Assembly: GCA_963787255.1 (NCBI GenBank)
Contig: CAWBCJ010000001.1
Span: forward strand, 19,540 to 83,539
DNA length: 64,000 nucleotides
Direction: 5' to 3'
Source: Methanobacteriota archaeon
Lineage (GTDB): Archaea; Methanobacteriota; Methanobacteria; Methanobacteriales; Methanobacteriaceae
The notes below the pieces were generated by a model, which saw nothing but the letters and a program-made list of their open reading frames with translations, was not told the DNA's origin and did no database searches. The number at the start of each line of letters is the position of its first letter. The first letter of the stretch is position 1. A program made the translations under genes and the position numbers. Below, piece by piece: positions 1 to 8,236 of this stretch.

Positions 1-1
1 A

Positions 2-1442
2 TCAGTTTATTTTTCCATCAGGACCAATGGTAACCAGAGGGTCTAAACTGGATTCAATCAAACTACGGTTATAAATACTTGCCAGTTTTAAAGCTTCTTC
101 AGCTTTTTTACGCTCAGTTATGTCACGTGCAGCGGCAAAAACTCCGATAACTCTACCAGATTCATCTTGATAGACTGAAGCATTATATAATACAGGTGTA
201 ACATGTCCATCTTTATGTTTAATCTCTAAAGGATAATCAATCACCTTACCCTCTTTGAAAACTTGAATATAACCTTTTTTAGCCTTTTCAGGCTCAGTGA
301 AGTAACCTGAAAAATTAGTTCCGATAAGTTCATCCCTGCTGAAACCAGTGACCATTTCCGTAGCTGTATTTACATCTGTAATCCTTCCATCGGGACCAAT
401 GGTAACCAGAGGGTCTAAACTGGATTCAATCAAACTACGATTATAAGCATTCGCTAATTTAAGTTCATGTACGTTCCTGAACTTGTTCTTCAAGATTATC
501 ATGAGCATTATAGAGCTTCTTCAGGCTTTTTACGTTCAGTTAAATCATGTGCATATACAGTAGCACCAATCACTTTCCCATTTGAATCTTTAATAGAAGT
601 ATGAAATATTGAAAAATAACGACGATTCTTGAGGATTATCACCCGCAATTGATTCCATATGCACCATTTCCCCGTTGAATGCCTTATCAAAGTTTGCTTT
701 GGCATTTTCACGGTCTTTAACGTTTGTGTGATAATCAAGTATATTTGCACCTATTTCAATATCAGCATTATAGAGATTTTTCATTACTTTGGCATGTTGC
801 GAGTTGAAGCTTGTATATCGATAATTACAATCAACAGAAAATATAGGTCCTTCTGCGCTTCCATTACAAATTAAGTATATTATGCTTCTGTAAAAGTTCT
901 TCCTCAGCTTTTTTACGCTCAGTAATATCGGTTATAGTTATGCGGTATTTTTCATCAACCTTATCATATATTGGCATAATTTGCATTTGAACATAAAATA
1001 GTGATTTTTTCCCTTTTTTTAACTGTAGTTCAACTTCTTGAATTTCATGGTTAACCATTGCATCTTTAATAGAACGATAATATTTAGTCTGGTAATTTGA
1101 AGGTATGAATAGGATGAAACCAAACCCAATAATCCTGTCTTTTTCTAATCCAAGCAATTCTGCCCCTTTAGTGTTCACATTTCTTACATTTCCCTTATTA
1201 TCCAATGAAAAGTATCCTACAGGCGCTTCATTGTACATTTCATGGTATTCATCGTAAAGCTTTGATAATTCCTCTTGAGTCTCCCTTAGTTCTTCATTCT
1301 GCATCTCAAGCTCTGTTTGGTGAACCTGAAGCTCATGCACCAACTCAGCAGTACTTTCAGGGATATTGCCTTTTACTTTGGCATTTTGTATCTCTTTTTC
1401 TGCACGCTCACGCAATGAACCAGTTTTTTTATTTAACCCCAT
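2..1442 (-). pseudogene. Multi-PAS-domain sensor protein split over several reading frames; runs off the left edge of the window
   Basis: ORFs 864-1442, 590-784, 508-750 and 2-508 all translate to PAS S-box modules ending in the linker D(I/L)TERKK(A/P)EE(A/E)L. By hand translation, the PAS sequence continues across ORF boundaries only after frame changes near ~870-900, ~630, ~505 and ~470. The module NRSLIESSLDPLVTIGPDG occurs twice in ORF 2-508. Confidence 0.7.
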
Positions 1443-1703
1443 CTTCAGACTCCTAAATGTGCTAATTATAACTTAATCTTTGAATAATCATTTGGTTCCC
1501 ATAACCTATTCTTTATCATAAAAAAAGGATACCCATGTGATTGATTGAATATTTCCCTGAATTCATCCCCTTATTGGGGTTTAAGAGTCCTTTATGCTTT
1601 TTTTATTGGTTCTGTCCATTTAAAAAACACCTTGAAACTTATATAATTTAATTATAATTATATTTTATGATTTAATTTTTCACAAATATTATTAAAAAAA
1701 ATA

Positions 1704-1875
1704 TTTTACTTTTCAGATGCTCTTGCATTAAACCCATTAAATACAGCACTTACCGGTGTTAAAAATGAACATGACAGATGCAAGAGTACGCAAATGTAAG
1801 AATGTATCGATTTTAATTGATAATAAGATGCAAGAACGCAGAATCGAACACGACAAATGTACATTTTTATGCTAG
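1704..1875 (+). repeat. Copy A of a dispersed non-coding repeat (other copies 20181-20295, 21127-21295, 42233-42412)
   Basis: By-eye alignment with 42233-42412 shows long identical runs (ttcagatgctcttgca, ccggtgttaaaaatgaacatgacagatgcaag, attttaattgataa, gaacacga). A 5-nt indel (acttaccgg vs acttagattaccgg) means it is not codon-constrained. It lies 5' of the minus-strand sensor gene that starts at 1442. Confidence 0.7.
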
Positions 1876-2051
1876 ATAAAAATACTTCTATAATACGAGA
1901 GGGGTTAAATAAAAAAAATTAAAATTCAAAATTTTAGAACTGTATTAATCCTCTTCTTCAAACTCGATTTTTATGCGGATATCGTCACAGATAGGTTTAC
2001 ATAACCTTTCCTGCAATAATAATCATATTATAATTGTAGGAGATATTTAAA

Positions 2052-2909
2052 ATGGAAGTTATACTTCAACAGTTTGCTAATCTCAGTGTTTTAATATATA
2101 TTGTTACCACTATGCTGTCTATGGGTCTTAATTTTTTCCCTAAACAATTTTTAGAACCTTTAAAGGATAAGAGTCTCATATTAAAGTCTTTAGCTGCAAA
2201 TTTCATATTATTGCCCATCATAACCTATATTATACTGCAAGTGATTCCCCTAGAGCAGGGTCTTGCCATTGGCTTAGTTTTAATGGCTGCAGGGGCAGGA
2301 TCCCCCTTCATGCTGAAATTGGTTCAATTTATGAAAGCAGATATGGCATTTGCAGTGGGGCTGATGTTAATATTATCCATAGTGACCTTATTTTATATGC
2401 CATTAGTACTTTCTATTTTGTTACCCGGTGTTTCGGTAAATCCCCTGTCTATTGCAGTTTCCCTATTGGTCTTGATATTTTTACCCTTGATCATTGGAAC
2501 TGCTGTAAAGTCAAGGTATAGTGAAATAGCTAAAACTATTCAACCCACTTTTAACCAGATATCTAATATATTCATCTTCGTAGTGATATTTCTATATCTG
2601 GGTCTTAACTACCAGGACTTTCTGGCAGTATTCGGTACAGGAGCATTGATAGCTTCTTTAATATTTGTATTATCAGCTTTCTTAATAGGCTACTTACTAG
2701 GAGGCCCTTCCAAAAATACAAAATCAGTGCTAGGTATGGGGACTGCTATAAGAAACTCATCTGCCGCATTTGTGGTAGCAGTTACCAACTTTAGCTCAGA
2801 ATACGACGTCATGGCCATGATAATCGTAGTTTATATGCTCAGCATAATTACAATGATGATCATTTCAGGTGAGATGGGTAAAAGATCCAAAGGTTCAGAA
2901 ACACTATAA
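2052..2909 (+). CDS. Polytopic membrane transporter, bile acid:Na+ symporter (SBF/BASS)-like
   Basis: 285-aa ORF with about ten hydrophobic segments and AGGAG-like SD upstream. The family call is from overall resemblance by recall only. Confidence 0.55.
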   Translation: MEVILQQFANLSVLIYIVTTMLSMGLNFFPKQFLEPLKDKSLILKSLAANFILLPIITYIILQVIPLEQGLAIGLVLMAAGAGSPFMLKLVQFMKADMAFAVGLMLILSIVTLFYMPLVLSILLPGVSVNPLSIAVSLLVLIFLPLIIGTAVKSRYSEIAKTIQPTFNQISNIFIFVVIFLYLGLNYQDFLAVFGTGALIASLIFVLSAFLIGYLLGGPSKNTKSVLGMGTAIRNSSAAFVVAVTNFSSEYDVMAMIIVVYMLSIITMMIISGEMGKRSKGSETL

Positions 2910-2928
2910 AAATACAGGCACCGCACTT

Positions 2929-3753
2929 TTATAATTTACCAAATCTAGTATTAGAACTTCTAATACTAGCAGAATCCACAGCTTCCCATCTCCCACTGTT
3001 AACAAACTCTAACCTACCTTCAATTACTAATTTATCAATGATTTCCTTAGTTTCCCATTCTCCTTCATTATTATTTGGAAGCTTTGCAATTTTGCGAACT
3101 TGATCCAAAGAAACTGCTTGACCTACATTCAACTTACGGTAAACAATAGCTGCTTTATCTTCACTCATTTTAAATGAAGTCAGTCCTCTAATTTGGATAC
3201 GTTTCTCATAAAGTTCTTTTAAATCATCAGGAATATTCACAAAATTGTACCGATTCACTTTCCATAAATTAGTACCACAAATATTTTCAACTCTACCTGT
3301 TTCTCTTAACCGTTTACTCCAATGTTCTCTCCAAGCATATTTACTATCATTACCCGTAATTCTTTTGACCAATCTTTTTAGATAATCGGTGTTTACTTTA
3401 TCCTTAAAATATATGGGTCCTTTATCAAATTCATCAAAAAATTCATTTTCAGCCATAGTCCTTTTTTCATAAGCAACAGTGGTGGTTAATTCCTCACGTA
3501 TAGAACCTTCAGGTGGAAGTTTCAGTGGAATATCTCCATTATAATTTTGTGCCGTTTTATCTGCATCTACCAAATATCCGTGATTTAATAAGTTTTCTAA
3601 TGCCTCTTCTAAACTTATTCTGGTAGAGCGCCATGATTGACCATGATAAAAATAAACTGCTCTTGCAAATCTTCTCCACAAATCAGCATTTACAGCAGGA
3701 GGCCTGACCCTTTTCATAAGATCACCCATATAATTGCATTTGAACCTTTGCAT
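2929..3753 (-). CDS. Hypothetical protein (orphan); the N-terminus may be ribbon-helix-helix-like
   Basis: Long ORF (274 aa) with normal amino-acid composition. The N-terminal KRVRPPAVNADLWRRFARAV...SLEEALENLL loosely fits a strand-helix-helix pattern. No recognisable catalytic motif. The real start is probably one of the internal Met codons (MGDLMKRV). Confidence 0.45.
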   Translation of the reverse strand: MQRFKCNYMGDLMKRVRPPAVNADLWRRFARAVYFYHGQSWRSTRISLEEALENLLNHGYLVDADKTAQNYNGDIPLKLPPEGSIREELTTTVAYEKRTMAENEFFDEFDKGPIYFKDKVNTDYLKRLVKRITGNDSKYAWREHWSKRLRETGRVENICGTNLWKVNRYNFVNIPDDLKELYEKRIQIRGLTSFKMSEDKAAIVYRKLNVGQAVSLDQVRKIAKLPNNNEGEWETKEIIDKLVIEGRLEFVNSGRWEAVDSASIRSSNTRFGKL

Positions 3754-4059
3754 ATTTTCTTGAAAACGGGTCCTGTTTTTAAAAAAAAGACCTGTTTTCC
3801 GATATAATATTCATTTATATTATTATATTTATAAAAAAATAATAATATAATAATACCTAAAACATGTTCATCTTTCCTAATCTCAAAAAAAAGAGGATAA
3901 AAACATCTAAAAAAGGTTCTAAAATGTAATAATAACTTTTTTAAGGAAAATAGACTTTTAATATGTTTATTAATGTTGATTTTTTTAATATTTTCTATAT
4001 TTCTTTTTATTTTTGTGGTGTTTTTACCACCACCTTTGCAGGTTTCTATATTAGTGTTT

Positions 4060-4088
4060 TTCATGAGTGGTTGCCGCCCCCATTATAT
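4060..4088. repeat. Left copy of a 29-bp perfect direct repeat (ttcatgagtggttgccgcccccattatat)
   Basis: Identical 29-mer at 4831-4859. The flanking bases differ on both sides. GC-rich core in an AT-rich region. On the minus strand it reads ATATAATGGGGGCGGCAACCACTCATGAA, a TATA-like box about 20 nt before an ATG. Confidence 0.9.
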
Positions 4089-4092
4089 TATA

Positions 4093-4479
4093 TCAATTTT
4101 TTTTATTGTAGTGAATACCATAAACCTTAAATTTCTTTGAATATTTACGTTTTCCCAGCAAACGATCCGATTGATTTAATATGTGCCCTAATTTACGCCC
4201 TTTATTATCTAATGATAAAAAGAAAGGAGCATTCACAATTAAATCATTACTATGAATAAATTGCATTAATTCACGCGTTATAAAATCTTCCCCGTTCATT
4301 TCATTTTCTATATAATATAATGCAAGTTTTATGACATCCTTTTCGTATTTTAACTTCTTATTCCAAGCCTCTTTCGTGTTATCACGTCCCCTATTCCATT
4401 TTTTTAAGTAATATCCAAAATTATAACCCCACATAAACAACTCCATTTTTAAAGCTTTAAACTCTAAAAATAAAACCAT
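4093..4479 (-). CDS. Hypothetical protein (orphan), lying between the two 29-bp repeats
   Basis: 128-aa ORF; the likely start is MELFMWGYNFGYY. Basic, with no recognisable motif. Confidence 0.4.
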   Translation of the reverse strand: MVLFLEFKALKMELFMWGYNFGYYLKKWNRGRDNTKEAWNKKLKYEKDVIKLALYYIENEMNGEDFITRELMQFIHSNDLIVNAPFFLSLDNKGRKLGHILNQSDRLLGKRKYSKKFKVYGIHYNKKN

Positions 4480-4712
4480 TCTTCAGGTAACATTCCTTTA
4501 ACTTGATTTTGTGCTTTAATTGCACTTTTTGTGTTAATTTTAATCTCTGCAGCATGACCCCATTCATCGTATCTAATTGAATCTTGCACAGATTCTTCAG
4601 TAGGCAGTTTATAAAATTTTTTACTGCTTAAATTACAAAACAAAAAATTAATGAAACTATTTTTTAAAAATAAACGAATCCAATTATTCTTAAAATGATT
4701 CACTCGAAACTC

Positions 4713-4789
4713 TCGAAATCTTCGATTTCGAAGCGCGAAACATAGTTTCGCTGGCTTCGTTTCGATGCATCGAAAATCAAAGATTTTCG
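4713..4789. repeat. Array of four short hairpins/palindromes built on TCGAAA(A)TC half-sites
   Basis: Four elements: TCGAAATC-ttc-GATTTCGA (4713-4731); GCGAAAC-ata-GTTTCGC (4735-4751); the perfect 16-nt palindrome TTTCGATGCATCGAAA (4760-4775); and CGAAAATC-aaa-GATTTTCG (4771-4789). The last overlaps the previous palindrome. The array lies inside track ORF 4464-4835, whose translation looks non-protein-like. Confidence 0.8.
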
Positions 4790-4830
4790 CATAATTAGGG
4801 AAGGGAAGAATTAATCCTCCCTTAAATTGA

Positions 4831-4859
4831 TTCATGAGTGGTTGCCGCCCCCATTATAT
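4831..4859. repeat. Right copy of the 29-bp perfect direct repeat
   Basis: Identical to 4060-4088, offset 771 bp. Confidence 0.9.
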
Positions 4860-4935
4860 ATTTTCCCAAAACTTCTAATTTTATGTCTCGAACTAAGCTA
4901 AATTCTTTTTTTTTAGTTTGTGACCATGAACTATA

Positions 4936-5094
4936 TTATTTTATAATTTTGTGTTTTTCATTTTCACACCATGCACTAATCGCTTCTACCGCACCCTTTG
5001 AGAGTTTACCTTGTTTATCTCCATATTTTTCCCGGGTTAAAAGTCTGAATGTTTCTTCCAGGTCATCAGGTAAGTTAAATGTTATTGCTGCCAT
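4936..5094 (-). CDS. Ribbon-helix-helix (CopG/Arc/MetJ-like) small DNA-binding protein, 52 aa (below the ORF-track cut-off)
   Basis: Hand translation gives MAAITFNLPDDLEETFRLLTREKYGDKQGKLSKGAVEAISAWCENEKHKIIK. This matches the classic RHH strand (ITFNLPDDL) followed by two helices. GGAG lies about 8 nt upstream of the ATG. The overlapping plus-strand track ORF 4838-5116 looks spurious. Confidence 0.6.
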   Translation of the reverse strand: MAAITFNLPDDLEETFRLLTREKYGDKQGKLSKGAVEAISAWCENEKHKIIK

Positions 5095-5281
5095 GCATAA
5101 TTTCTCCACTAAATAGTCTATGTTCTTATTATATACTCATATTCATAGAGAGCATGTGAAAAGTAATAATTTTATGAATTCATAAATCATAAAAAAGTCA
5201 ATTATGATTAAAATTACATTTCAAAAGTGGAGACTTGTCATTTATATTAAAGATATGAAAATTAAAAGATTATATAAAGAG

Positions 5282-5935
5282 TTAAAGTTTATTTAAGGCA
5301 ATTTTAGCAGCATTTTGCTCTGCTTCTTTTTTACTTCCACCACTACCAATCCCACAACTTTCACCATTAATCATCACCGCCATGGTGAAGGTCTTATTAT
5401 GCGGCATTCCCTCTTCTTTAACTAACTCATAATTTACATCAAGACAGTCCTGATCACATAATTGTTTTAATTCAGACTTATAATCATAAAAAAAGACATC
5501 CTCATTTTCTATATGGGGTATAACAGTTTTAAAAATAAATTCCTTGACAATATGCAAGCCTTGATCCAGATATAATGCCCCAATAAAAGATTCAAACACA
5601 TCACTAATAATTGAATCAATTTCCCTTCGGGTTAATTCTAAACCTGCACCTAATTTTATATATTGATCTAATCCTAATTCCATTGAATAAACATAAAGTG
5701 CCTTTTTACACACATAATTAGAACGCATACGGGTTAACTGCCCTTCAGTTAACCCTGAATCTAGGTTATATAAAAATTCAGATACCACCAGATCCAGGAC
5801 TGCATCGCCTAAAAATTCTAATCTCTCATAACATTTATTGAGGTCATTTTCATTGGAATAAGACTCATGAATAAAAGCCAGCTCATAAAGATGCGCATTA
5901 ACTGGTTCAATTGAAAATTTTTTAAGTAATTGCAT
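5282..5935 (-). CDS. rnc: Ribonuclease III, bacterial class 1 type (catalytic domain + dsRBD)
   Basis: RNase III signature [14 protein letters not shown] second acidic cluster follows ([15 protein letters not shown]). C-terminal dsRBD-like [10 protein letters not shown]...[18 protein letters not shown]. 217 aa. Confidence 0.85.
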   Translation of the reverse strand: MQLLKKFSIEPVNAHLYELAFIHESYSNENDLNKCYERLEFLGDAVLDLVVSEFLYNLDSGLTEGQLTRMRSNYVCKKALYVYSMELGLDQYIKLGAGLELTRREIDSIISDVFESFIGALYLDQGLHIVKEFIFKTVIPHIENEDVFFYDYKSELKQLCDQDCLDVNYELVKEEGMPHNKTFTMAVMINGESCGIGSGGSKKEAEQNAAKIALNKL

Positions 5936-6069
5936 AATACTTCTATTTTATTATCCTGCATATTTATAGAATTTTAAATATTATACTGAAAAAGTATTGA
6001 ACTAAACTTTACTTCTATTAAACCGCAATATAAGGCATCAAACAAAAAAAAAAACACTTCCACAAATTT

Positions 6070-6175
6070 AAGAGGCGTATTGACCGTTATGGTGGTCGTA
6101 TTTGGGTGTAATCAGAATATGGAAAGGGTTCTACCTTTTTATTTCACTATAACTGTTAATGAATTAAAAAAATAA
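6070..6175 (+). pseudogene. 3' relic of a histidine-kinase gene (last ~30 codons of the HATPase domain)
   Basis: Read over three frames: RYGGRIWV / SEYGKGSTF / FYFTITVNELKK. This matches the kinase C-termini at 19444-19520 and 39908-40000 (HGG.IWVES..G.GSTFYFTIP). No upstream kinase sequence remains. Confidence 0.5.
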
Positions 6176-6327
6176 AGAACTCATTAGTGTCGATGGAAAA
6201 AAAATATTACTCATTAACATCTAAAGATGAAAAAGAACTAAAAAGAAGCATACGAATATTTCTGCAACATTTTTCTATGATAGTTGAAGAAATGCTAAAA
6301 TTCTGCAAATAATGTTAAAAAAATAAT

Positions 6328-6699
6328 TTAAAACCCAGTTATCAAACTTTTTTTAATATATTCTATTAAAGGCATTGCATTACCATCTAAATTCAGTTTA
6401 TAATACTTATCCTTAGAACGATTGTAAGACTCTACTATCTCCTGTTTTTTAAGTATACCCAGATTATATGAAATCAGATTTTGTTTTTCTTTTAATACCA
6501 TTACTAATTCACAAACGCAGTAATCTCTTCTAAAAAGTAACATTATTATTTGCAACCTTATAGGATTGCTTAGAATTTTAAGTAATTCTGCTATTTCGTT
6601 AATATTAGCATTTTTTAAAGAATCTAAGTCCTTTTGAAGTTCTGTTTCCCAAATTATTTTCATATCCGGATCAATTGGGCAGCAACGATCGTTTTTCAT
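6328..6699 (-). CDS. ArsR/SmtB-family transcriptional regulator
   Basis: HTH core LSNPIRLQIIMLL...DYCVCELVMVL...ISYNLGILKK, with a CVC metal-site motif at the start of the HTH. Confidence 0.8.
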   Translation of the reverse strand: MKNDRCCPIDPDMKIIWETELQKDLDSLKNANINEIAELLKILSNPIRLQIIMLLFRRDYCVCELVMVLKEKQNLISYNLGILKKQEIVESYNRSKDKYYKLNLDGNAMPLIEYIKKSLITGF

Positions 6700-6822
6700 A
6701 AGAAAAGTTCTGTTGTTTTTATTATAAATATTTTGGATTTATAAATTCTGTTAATAAATAATCATTTTTCATTTATTTTAAGACGGAATCGCGATATTAT
6801 TCCATATAACCAATTATATTTG

Positions 6823-6832
6823 AATTCGAATT
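6823..6832. promoter_or_regulatory. 10-bp perfect palindrome AATTCGAATT in the divergent promoter region; candidate operator
   Basis: Lies between the ArsR-family gene (minus) and 6927-7244 (plus). The same palindrome and its flanks are repeated at 8139-8148. Confidence 0.3.
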
Positions 6833-6926
6833 TTTTTGAAATGAGACTTTTCTATTTAAGTCATTCCCCAACACACTTTCTATTATACAATGAAATATTG
6901 TAATAAAAAAGGAGGAATGAAAAAAA

Positions 6927-7244
6927 ATGGAAAATAACCAAAAAAATGCTTTGGCATACCTTTCAGGAGGTTTAGGTCTTGTAATCTTGTTAGGAGGTGT
7001 ATTTAACCTATATCCTGTCTTATACGGTTTGTTAGGTGCGTTAATTTTAGGCGTTACATCTGGCGCAATAAAAAAATCTTGGACATCAATTTTAGGCACC
7101 ATAGGACTTATAATCCTACTTTCAGGAATATTAGGCATTTACACATTTGTGTATGGACTATTAGGCGCGATTTTGATATGGGTGATAGCAGGATCCCTCA
7201 AAAAGTATCGTGGAGAAAATAACTTGGGAAACACACCCAACTAA
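6927..7244 (+). CDS. Small integral membrane protein (4 predicted TM helices)
   Basis: 105-aa glycine/leucine-rich hydrophobic ORF with a strong SD (AAGGAGGAATGA) upstream. Confidence 0.5.
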   Translation: MENNQKNALAYLSGGLGLVILLGGVFNLYPVLYGLLGALILGVTSGAIKKSWTSILGTIGLIILLSGILGIYTFVYGLLGAILIWVIAGSLKKYRGENNLGNTPN

Positions 7245-7339
7245 TTTATTTATTTTTAGTAAAATGGAAAATCAGACAGGTTCTAAAAATGAAAAAAACT
7301 ACTACTTGATTTATCTAAAAAAAAGGAGTATGTAAGAAT

Positions 7340-7831
7340 ATGCAAAAAATGGCTATAGCCCTGATTTTGATTATTCTCGGTTTAATAGTGATAGCTTTCC
7401 CCCTTTTAGGATTAATCCCGATTGCCGTCCTTTCTGGATTCTTAGTCCTTATGTTAGGTATTGGTCTTATATTAACTGGAATATTTAAAATGGGCGAAAA
7501 TGATGCGCCTGTGGGGATCCTCATGCTTATATTGGGAATTATTGCCCTGATTTTAGGAATTGTATTCATAGTTAACCCCGCACTATTCACTTGGATAGTT
7601 GGTTTTTTAGTCTGGATAATGGGTCTATTCCTAATAATCGAAGGTATTGCCAGAATTCTTTCAAGGACTAGGGACATATGTGGAGTTAAAAACATCATCC
7701 TAGGTATACTAATCCTATTCGTAGGACTATTCTTAGCTACCTATACATGGCTTTTAGTAGTTTTAATCGGCCTATGGCTGTTATCTACTGGCATAAGAAT
7801 GATTTATCTTAGAATGAAAAACAGAATTTAA
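7340..7831 (+). CDS. HdeD/DUF308-like membrane protein
   Basis: 163 aa with six evenly spaced hydrophobic helices and repeated G..L...G motifs typical of DUF308. Family call by recall. Confidence 0.55.
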   Translation: MQKMAIALILIILGLIVIAFPLLGLIPIAVLSGFLVLMLGIGLILTGIFKMGENDAPVGILMLILGIIALILGIVFIVNPALFTWIVGFLVWIMGLFLIIEGIARILSRTRDICGVKNIILGILILFVGLFLATYTWLLVVLIGLWLLSTGIRMIYLRMKNRI

Positions 7832-7889
7832 TCTCCTACAACAGGGAAATAATAAAAGAACCATCTTAATAATCGTGAAGTATATGCTT

Positions 7890-8015
7890 CGAATTTTTAG
7901 TCCACTGGCAATTTCTATTAACATTCGTATTTTTAAGAAAATCTGATTCCTTTTTGAAGATCACTTTCCCAAGCCATTTTTCAGGTTCAATATGTCAACA
8001 ACGATTCTTTTTCAA
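7890..8015 (-). pseudogene. Truncated, frameshifted relic of an ArsR-family gene (duplicate of the 5' end of 6328-6699)
   Basis: The minus strand reads TTG AAA AAG AAT CGT TGT TGA..., parallel to MKNDRCC of the intact copy. W-E-S-D-L-Q-K appears in a shifted frame, matching WETELQK. The homology stops about 40 codons in. Confidence 0.5.
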
Positions 8016-8138
8016 AAAAAAGCTTTGTCCTTTTTTTATAAATATTTTGGGTTTAAAAATCAGCTCAATCTAATTTTTATTATTTAATTTCAGGGACAAA
8101 TTAGCCATTATTCGGATTCATACAAGTGATTATAACTG

Positions 8139-8148
8139 AATTCGAATT
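8139..8148. promoter_or_regulatory. Second copy of the AATTCGAATT palindrome
   Basis: Part of the ~350-bp imperfect duplication of 6590-6941 at 7900-8251. Confidence 0.3.
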
Positions 8149-8236
8149 TTTTTGAAATAGACCTTTCCTTTATAAGTCATTCAAAATCGCACTTAATATA
8201 CAAGAGAGTACTTAACAAAAGGAGGAATGAAAAAAA

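Noticed and set aside
3714-4064. Track ORF of 116 aa starting at the ATG inside the left 29-bp repeat
   Set aside because: The translation is lysine/isoleucine/phenylalanine low-complexity, typical of AT-rich non-coding DNA. It overlaps the promoter region of 2929-3753. More likely transcribed non-coding sequence or at most a very short peptide.
4464-4835. Track ORF of 123 aa starting at the ATG inside the right 29-bp repeat
   Set aside because: Its N-terminal third is the translation of the four-hairpin array (FDFRCIETKPAKLCFALRNRRFREFR). The composition is not protein-like, so it is treated as a non-coding structured region.
4838-5116. Plus-strand ORF of 92 aa
   Set aside because: The opposite strand encodes a convincing 52-aa ribbon-helix-helix protein with an SD. 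The plus-strand translation has no features.
6797-7698. Antisense ORFs 6797-7138 and 7315-7698
   Set aside because: They are shadow ORFs opposite clear membrane-protein genes, with proline/isoleucine-rich nonsense translations. The same reasoning applies to 14697-15044, 47793-48293, 52263-52673, 52801-53094, 55462-55812, 57826-58647, 60087-60398, 38307-38747 and 33869-34246.
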